Of a DNA stretch of 54,177 nucleotides, positions 48,893 through 54,177 are shown piece after piece (the first letter of the stretch is position 1; the number at the start of each line of letters is the position of its first letter). The notes below the pieces were generated by a model. It was not told the origin of the DNA. It saw nothing but the letters and a program-made list of their open reading frames with translations, and made no database searches. Source of the stretch: Methylotenera sp. 24-45-7 (GTDB taxonomy: Bacteria; Pseudomonadota; Gammaproteobacteria; Burkholderiales; Methylophilaceae); contig NCHI01000001.1 of assembly GCA_002281815.1 (NCBI GenBank), positions 1 to 54,177 on the forward strand, given 5' to 3'. The position numbers and the translations under genes were made by a program.

Positions 48893-50222
48893 GTTGTTGC
48901 TGAACCAGCGCCAGCGCACGCTGTACAGCGCCCTGATTTTGCTGACTAAAGTTGCGCGCGGCAGTGGCCATGGCTTGACGTTTTTCGGCATCAGCAAACA
49001 GCGTGCTTAATTGCTGAGCAAGTGCATTGCAATCATTCACGCGCAACGCAGCACCAGCAGCAATTGCCATATTGGTAATCTGCTCAAAATTAAACGTATG
49101 TGCGCCAATGAGCACCGGCTTGCCCATACTAAACGCTTCAATCAGGTTTTGCCCACCCAGTGGCAACAAGCTGCCGCCAATAAACGCGACATCGCAGCTG
49201 GCATAGTAGGTGAACATTTCACCCATAGAGTCACCCAGCACGTAGTCAACTTGTCCCAGCGTGCTTAAGGCATCGAGCACTGCGGAGCGGCGCACAAAGG
49301 GCAATTGTTGTTTGGTGAGCAACTCGGCTACCGCGTCAAAGCGCTGCGGATGGCGCGGCACGATGATAGTGAGCAAGTTGGGAATATTCGCCTTTGCCAC
49401 TGCCTCTAAAATCAGGCTTTCTTCACCGTCGCGCGTGCTGGCCGCTAAAAAAACCGGCCTATGTTGCGCGAGCCTGGGTTTAGCGAGCTTAGATTGAGCT
49501 AGCTTAGATTGAGCTAGCTTGGGTTGGACTAGCTTAGGTTGTATTAGCAAGTCACGCAGTTGCGCACCTTGTGTTGCCGCGCTGTCGGGAGGTGCTACGT
49601 CAAACTTTAAATTGCCCATGATGCACACATCGGCTGCGCCAAGTTGGCGTAAGCGTTGCGCGTCGGCTTCGGTTTGTGCGGCAATGGCGCTTAATTGTTG
49701 CAGGCCAAGTTGCGCCAGTTTGCCCAGCTTGGCATAACCAAGTGCAGATTTTTCTGACAGCCTGGCGTTCACCAGCAGCAGTGGAATGTGCTGCTGTTTG
49801 CAGGCGGCAATTAAATTAAACCAAAGCTCGGTTTCCATAATGATGCCGATGCTGGGATGAAAATGGTTTAAAAAGCGTTTAACCGCACATGGCACGTCAT
49901 AAGGTAGATAAGCACTTTGCACGCTGTTGCCAAACAGTTGTTGGCTAGTGGCACGCCCGGTTGGCGTGGTGTGCGTAAGCAGAATTTGATGTTTTGGGTA
50001 GTGTGCGATGAGCGCTTTAACCAAAGGCTCGGCGGCACGCGTTTCACCCACCGATACGCAATGCAGCCAAATAATGGCTTGCTGAGCCGCTTGATTGTAA
50101 AAGCCATAACGTTCTTGCCAGTGCGCTAAATATTCAGCTTGCTTGCGCCCGCGCCATAACAACTTGAGCGGCGTAAACGGCAGCAGTAGATAAAGCAGCA
50201 AAGTGTAAACGGTGCGATTCAT
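48873..50222 (-). CDS. waaA: 3-deoxy-D-manno-octulosonic acid transferase
   Basis: WLHCVSVGE, ETELW, NARLS, GNLKFD, ASTR.GEE, PRHPQRF and GGQNLIE. Confidence 0.96.
   Translation of the reverse strand: MNRTVYTLLLYLLLPFTPLKLLWRGRKQAEYLAHWQERYGFYNQAAQQAIIWLHCVSVGETRAAEPLVKALIAHYPKHQILLTHTTPTGRATSQQLFGNSVQSAYLPYDVPCAVKRFLNHFHPSIGIIMETELWFNLIAACKQQHIPLLLVNARLSEKSALGYAKLGKLAQLGLQQLSAIAAQTEADAQRLRQLGAADVCIMGNLKFDVAPPDSAATQGAQLRDLLIQPKLVQPKLAQSKLAQSKLAKPRLAQHRPVFLAASTRDGEESLILEAVAKANIPNLLTIIVPRHPQRFDAVAELLTKQQLPFVRRSAVLDALSTLGQVDYVLGDSMGEMFTYYASCDVAFIGGSLLPLGGQNLIEAFSMGKPVLIGAHTFNFEQITNMAIAAGAALRVNDCNALAQQLSTLFADAEKRQAMATAARNFSQQNQGAVQRALALVQQQLTIETA
49471..49545. repeat. In-frame 15-nt tandem repeat (5 copies) inside waaA
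   Basis: AGCCTGGGTTTAGCG/AGCTTAGATTGAGCT/AGCTTAGATTGAGCT/AGCTTGGGTTGGACT/AGCTTAGGTTGTATT, encoding QPKLV-QPKLA-QSKLA-QSKLA-KPRLA. Confidence 0.9.
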
Positions 50223-50394
50223 GATGAAATGGGCAGGCAGGCTTTAAATTTTATATGCAGCTATTCTCACATATTTTTTTAAAACCGGTGCTTAATTTTA
50301 TCAGTGCAAATGCCCAAATCCAGTGTCAGTGCGGCTTACAAAATTTGCAAGAAAAACTTAACCTTTGTTTACAAAAATAAGTTACTAAAACATC

Positions 50395-50448
50395 TTGACC
50401 CACCACTACTAAATGATTAAATTATCGAAAAAACACAATATGTTGTGG
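50395..50448 (+). promoter_or_regulatory. sigma70 promoter plus NrdR box for nrdJ
   Basis: TTGACC-N17-TAAATT (50395-50423). ACACAATATGTTGTGG (50433-50448) fits the NrdR consensus acaCwAtATaTwGtg. Confidence 0.75.
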
Positions 50449-50593
50449 TTAAGCAAAAGTTTGTCACTAAATCGTTTGTGTCTTGTTCATCGTCAAATTT
50501 GCGTCAAACAAGTGTAAGAAAAGTAAGAGTAACTGTTAATAATGCGGGCTTAAAAAATTGTAATTTTTAAGCCTATCAAAAAGGGGTTCGTCC

Positions 50594-52759
50594 ATGCTAA
50601 AAGCCGTAGATACTGCCAAAAATTCAAGCGCAGACATCGAAAAAGAAATTCCAATTCAACCTGTGTCACAGGATATTTGGGATAAAAAATATCGCCTGAA
50701 GACCAAGCAAGGCGATAACGTCGATGCGGATATGGACGCTTCTTACTCACGTGTGGCGCGTGCGCTGGCAGATGTAGAAACCACAGAAGAAAAACGTGCC
50801 GAGTGGCATGAGAAATTTTTGTGGGCGTTGCGTCGTGGCGCAATTCCAGCCGGTCGTATTACTTCTAACGCGGGTGCTTTAGAGCACAAACCAGCGACTT
50901 CAACCATTAACTGTACCGTTTCTGGCGTTATCTCAGACAGCATGGACGACATTCTGGGTAAGGTGCACGAAGCTGGTTTAACCCTAAAAGCCGGTTGCGG
51001 TATCGGTTACGAGTTTTCAACTTTGCGTCCAAAAGGTGCGTTTGTGGCGGGTGCGGGTGCTTACACCAGTGGCCCGCTGTCGTTCATGGATATCTACGAC
51101 AAAATGTGCTTTACCGTATCTAGCGCCGGTGGCCGTCGCGGTGCGCAAATGGCAACCTTTGATATTTCACACCCGGATGTAACTGACTTCATTAAAGCTA
51201 AACGTGAAAATGGCCGTTTACGTCAGTTCAACTTGTCATGCCTGATTACCAAAGAATTCATGGAGGCAGTAAAAGCCGATGCGGAGTGGAAACTTGCATT
51301 CCCAGTCACAGAAAAAGAAGCCATTGTGGACGGCCTGAATGTGAATGACGACAGCCAAGTGGTTTGGCGCGAGTGGCCAATTAAAGGCAAATACCTCACT
51401 AAAACTGAAGGTGTAGACGCTGGTAAAGTGGCTTGCCGTGTATATAAAACCATCAAGGCACGTCGTTTGTGGGATGTGATTATGTCTTCCACTTACGACT
51501 TTGCCGAGCCAGGTTTTATTCTGATTGACCGTGTCAATGAAATGAACAACAACTGGTTCTGCGAAAATATCCGCGCTACCAACCCATGCGGCGAGCAACC
51601 GTTGCCACCATATGGCGCTTGTTTATTAGGGTCAGTGAATTTAACGCGTTTTGTGAAAAAACCATTCACTGACGAAGCCTATTTTGACTGGAAAGAATAC
51701 CGCGAAGTCGTGGCCATTTTCACACGTATGCTAGATAACGTAGTTGAAATCAACGGGCTGCCATTGCAAGAGCAACGCGACGAAATCATGCGTAAACGCC
51801 GTCATGGTATGGGTTATTTAGGTTTGGGTTCAAGCCTCACCATGATGAAACTGAAATACGGCGAAGAAGAATCAATCAAATTCACTGAAGAAGTCACCCG
51901 CGTAATGGCAGAAGAAGGCTGGAACATCGGCGTGCAACTGGCTGAAGAAAAAGGCCCGGCACCGATTATGGATGAGAAATTTGAAGTGACCGCAGATATG
52001 CTGGCAAAACGCCCAGAAATGGCAGCAGACGGCATTAAAGTCGGCCAAAAAATTGCCGGTAAAGTGTTGCTGGGTAAATACAGCCGCTACATGCAGCAGT
52101 TTCCTGAAGGCTTGCGCAACAAAATCGCAACTAAAGGTGTGCGCTTTACGCACCACAGCTCAATTGCGCCAACCGGTACCATTTCATTGTCATTAGCGAA
52201 TAATGCAAGTAACGGTATTGAGCCTAGCTTTGCGCACCACTATGCACGTAACGTGATTCGTGAAGGCAAAAAATCAAAAGAGAAAGTCGATGTGTTCTCT
52301 TATGAGCTGTTGGCTTACCGCGAGCTGATTAATCCAAACGCAATGCCGTTCAGCGACAAACCTGAAGAGCAACTGCCGGATTATTTCCTAGATTCATCCA
52401 CCATCATGGCCAAAGCGCACGTGGATATTCAGGCAGCTTCGCAAAAATGGATTGATAGCTCAATTTCAAAAACCATTAACGTACCAACCGATTACGATTT
52501 TGAAGATTTCAAAAACATCTATCTCTACGCTTACGACAAAGGCCTGAAAGGTTGCACCACATTCAGGTTTAACCCGGAAGCATTCCAAGGCGTGTTAGTG
52601 ACTGAAAAAGATTTGGAAAACACCACTTACAAATTCACGCTGGAAGACGGCACTGAAATTGAAGCCAAAGGTAACGAAGAAATCGAATACGACGGTGAAA
52701 TGCACTCAGCGGCTAACTTGTACGATGCGCTGAAAGAAGGCTACTACGGCAAATTTTAG
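50594..52759 (+). CDS. nrdJa: Adenosylcobalamin-dependent (class II) ribonucleotide reductase, catalytic subunit
   Basis: PAGRI, TINC, GGRRGAQM, ATNPCGEQ, CLLGS, IAPTGT and SISKT; lacks the C-terminal Cys domain. Confidence 0.92.
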   Translation: MLKAVDTAKNSSADIEKEIPIQPVSQDIWDKKYRLKTKQGDNVDADMDASYSRVARALADVETTEEKRAEWHEKFLWALRRGAIPAGRITSNAGALEHKPATSTINCTVSGVISDSMDDILGKVHEAGLTLKAGCGIGYEFSTLRPKGAFVAGAGAYTSGPLSFMDIYDKMCFTVSSAGGRRGAQMATFDISHPDVTDFIKAKRENGRLRQFNLSCLITKEFMEAVKADAEWKLAFPVTEKEAIVDGLNVNDDSQVVWREWPIKGKYLTKTEGVDAGKVACRVYKTIKARRLWDVIMSSTYDFAEPGFILIDRVNEMNNNWFCENIRATNPCGEQPLPPYGACLLGSVNLTRFVKKPFTDEAYFDWKEYREVVAIFTRMLDNVVEINGLPLQEQRDEIMRKRRHGMGYLGLGSSLTMMKLKYGEEESIKFTEEVTRVMAEEGWNIGVQLAEEKGPAPIMDEKFEVTADMLAKRPEMAADGIKVGQKIAGKVLLGKYSRYMQQFPEGLRNKIATKGVRFTHHSSIAPTGTISLSLANNASNGIEPSFAHHYARNVIREGKKSKEKVDVFSYELLAYRELINPNAMPFSDKPEEQLPDYFLDSSTIMAKAHVDIQAASQKWIDSSISKTINVPTDYDFEDFKNIYLYAYDKGLKGCTTFRFNPEAFQGVLVTEKDLENTTYKFTLEDGTEIEAKGNEEIEYDGEMHSAANLYDALKEGYYGKF

Positions 52760-52761
52760 GT

Positions 52762-52825
52762 GTAGGAGCGATCTTTAGATCGCGAAGCATTAAAAGAAAA
52801 TTCGCGCAATAAATTGCGCTCCTAC
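52762..52825. repeat. GTAG-type REP doublet (REPIN)
   Basis: GTAGGAGCGATCTTTAGATCGCGAA ... TTCGCGCAATAAATTGCGCTCCTAC; each arm is a GTAG tetranucleotide plus a palindrome. Confidence 0.85.
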
Positions 52826-52841
52826 GAAAAAGGAAAACATC

Positions 52842-53540
52842 ATGGCAATCAAAATTGAAAAGAAAATCGTTAGCTACAACTTAGTCAGCGAAGAAGACAA
52901 AGCAAAAGCGGCTGAAGCCAAAACCCAAGAGTCATCAGCCAATGTGATTCAGCTAGGCGAGCCGCTAAGCCGTCCAGACAAACTGGTAGGCAACACCTAC
53001 AAAATCAAAACCCCAGTGACTGAGCACGCGCTTTACATCACCATCAACGATGTGGTGATGAACGAAGGCACGCCGCAAGAGCACCGCCGTCCATTCGAGA
53101 TTTTTATTAACTCCAAAAACATGGAACATTTTCAGTGGATTGTGGCACTCACACGCGTCATGTCTGCCGTGTTCCGCAAAGGTGGCGATGTTACCTTCTT
53201 GGTAGAAGAACTCAAAAGCGTATTTGAACCAAGCGGTGGTTACTTCAAAAAAGGCGGCAAATTCGTGCCTAGCCTAGTGGCTGAAATTGGCGAAGTAGTC
53301 GAGCAACACCTGCAAGAAATCGGCATGCTTAAAAAACCAGGTTTAGATGAACATCAACAAAAACTAGTAGAAGAAAAAAAAGCTGAATACCTAGAAAAAC
53401 ATGCCAAACCGGGTGAAGAAGTCAACGACGAAGGCTATCCAAAAGGCGCGCAGCTATGCAAAAAATGTAATACCAAAGCCAGCATTATTATGGATGGTTG
53501 TTTGACTTGCTTGAATTGTGGTGAGAGTAAGTGTGGTTAA
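52842..53540 (+). CDS. nrdJb: Class II RNR second subunit (TSCPD-like domain plus Cys-rich tail)
   Basis: LYITIND, PFEIF, and C-terminal CKKC...DGCLTCLNCGESKCG. Confidence 0.9.
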   Translation: MAIKIEKKIVSYNLVSEEDKAKAAEAKTQESSANVIQLGEPLSRPDKLVGNTYKIKTPVTEHALYITINDVVMNEGTPQEHRRPFEIFINSKNMEHFQWIVALTRVMSAVFRKGGDVTFLVEELKSVFEPSGGYFKKGGKFVPSLVAEIGEVVEQHLQEIGMLKKPGLDEHQQKLVEEKKAEYLEKHAKPGEEVNDEGYPKGAQLCKKCNTKASIIMDGCLTCLNCGESKCG

Positions 53541-53542
53541 GT

Positions 53543-53568
53543 AAAAAAGGAGCTTCGGCTCCTTTTTT
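53543..53568 (+). terminator. Rho-independent terminator of nrdJab
   Basis: AAAAAAGGAGC-TTCG-GCTCCTTTTTT with a UUCG tetraloop. Confidence 0.9.
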
Positions 53569-53837
53569 GTTGTAGGATTGAGCAAAGTTGTATTTTTCGT
53601 TAACAAAGTCGTGATTTTTTGTGAGTAATGTATGGATTCACAAGTTGTTTTTAAATCATAGGGTTAATGAATGCAATGGGAGCAAAGGTGTGATTTTTCC
53701 TAAATATTATACTTAATAACAATAAGCCTTTGCTTACGTATACTTTTCAATCCTATATTTACTATTGCTACAGATTTGTCGGATGAGGCATAGGCTGCGA
53801 TTATGGCTATAATAAGATGCGAATCAGGGAGACGCTT

Positions 53838-54081
53838 GTGCCGTGGAAAAGTGTTGTTACAAAGCTATTAGACCCATACGATTTCAAGGCACGCTTGTTG
53901 CCTGGGCTACTTGTCCTCCTGCCCGTCATTGCCTTCCTGATACTACTCTATGGTTCTAAAAATCCGGCTCTAGTTGCTCTTCTGTCTGTTCTTTCTGCCT
54001 GTGGAGGCCCCTATCTTCTAGCAAATTTTATTCGCACTTGGGGCCAAATTGCGCAAGAAAGACTTTATATAAAGTGGGGTG
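53838..54081 (+). pseudogene. 5' fragment of a membrane-protein gene interrupted by an IS
   Basis: GGGAG RBS then GTG 53838. DPYDFKARLLPGLL and two hydrophobic helices, then ...LYIKWG where the sequence switches to TGTCAATG. Confidence 0.6.
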
Positions 54082-54177
54082 TGTCAATGCTTGTTTAGAA
54101 GTGCACCACAGTTTGCGTGCAAAAGTGCACCAGTTTAAGACCTATTTTTAAAGCGATAAGAGTCATTTCCTGTTTCA
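54082..54177. mobile_element. End of a putative IS21-family insertion sequence (continues beyond the window)
   Basis: Starts TGTCAATG; subterminal direct repeats AAGTGCACCA at 54099-54108 and 54123-54132 (24-bp period). No transposase visible. Confidence 0.6.

Noticed and set aside
50230-50593. Cobalamin riboswitch or a second NrdR box upstream of nrdJ
   Set aside because: No B12-box was recognisable. Candidate second boxes near 50403 and 50464 are too degenerate to call.

Overview
A chromosomal window from a betaproteobacterial methylotroph. The gene content (Fae homolog, quinoprotein-relay hydrolase, thiD-thiE-hemL, gltBD, pcm-tolC-waaA, split nrdJ) suggests Methylophilaceae, possibly Methylotenera-like; this is an inference. 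Most of the window is housekeeping: priA, tRNA-Gly(CCC), thiDE, hemL, gltBD, hemE, yqjDEK, mutY, asmA, uppP, a pseudouridine synthase, thiC with a TPP riboswitch, pcm, tolC, waaA and nrdJab. The main candidate for a new system is an ~11 kb block (30988-41756) between thiC and pcm. It holds a four-gene operon ('thermostable hemolysin'-family protein, adenylate-forming enzyme, heme-oxygenase-like diiron enzyme, SDR) and a divergent LTA-synthase-family gene. Their shared spacer contains two back-to-back sigma54 promoters, three phased enhancer-like boxes and a consensus IHF site. Next to them sit a porin/periplasmic-protein pair and a histidine kinase/sigma54 activator pair, which together look like a make-and-sense small-molecule or envelope-modification circuit. 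Other observations: a sigma54-type amt-hypothetical-PAS/GGDEF/EAL operon; an orphan ODP-like diiron protein; a Fae homolog lacking the catalytic His; an AAA+ ATPase gene broken by one nonsense codon; an AsmA with a triplicated module; several unrelated palindromic repeat families; 15-nt tandem repeats; and an IS21-like end that truncates a membrane-protein gene at the right edge. All calls come from reading the sequence and recognising motifs; no searches were run.
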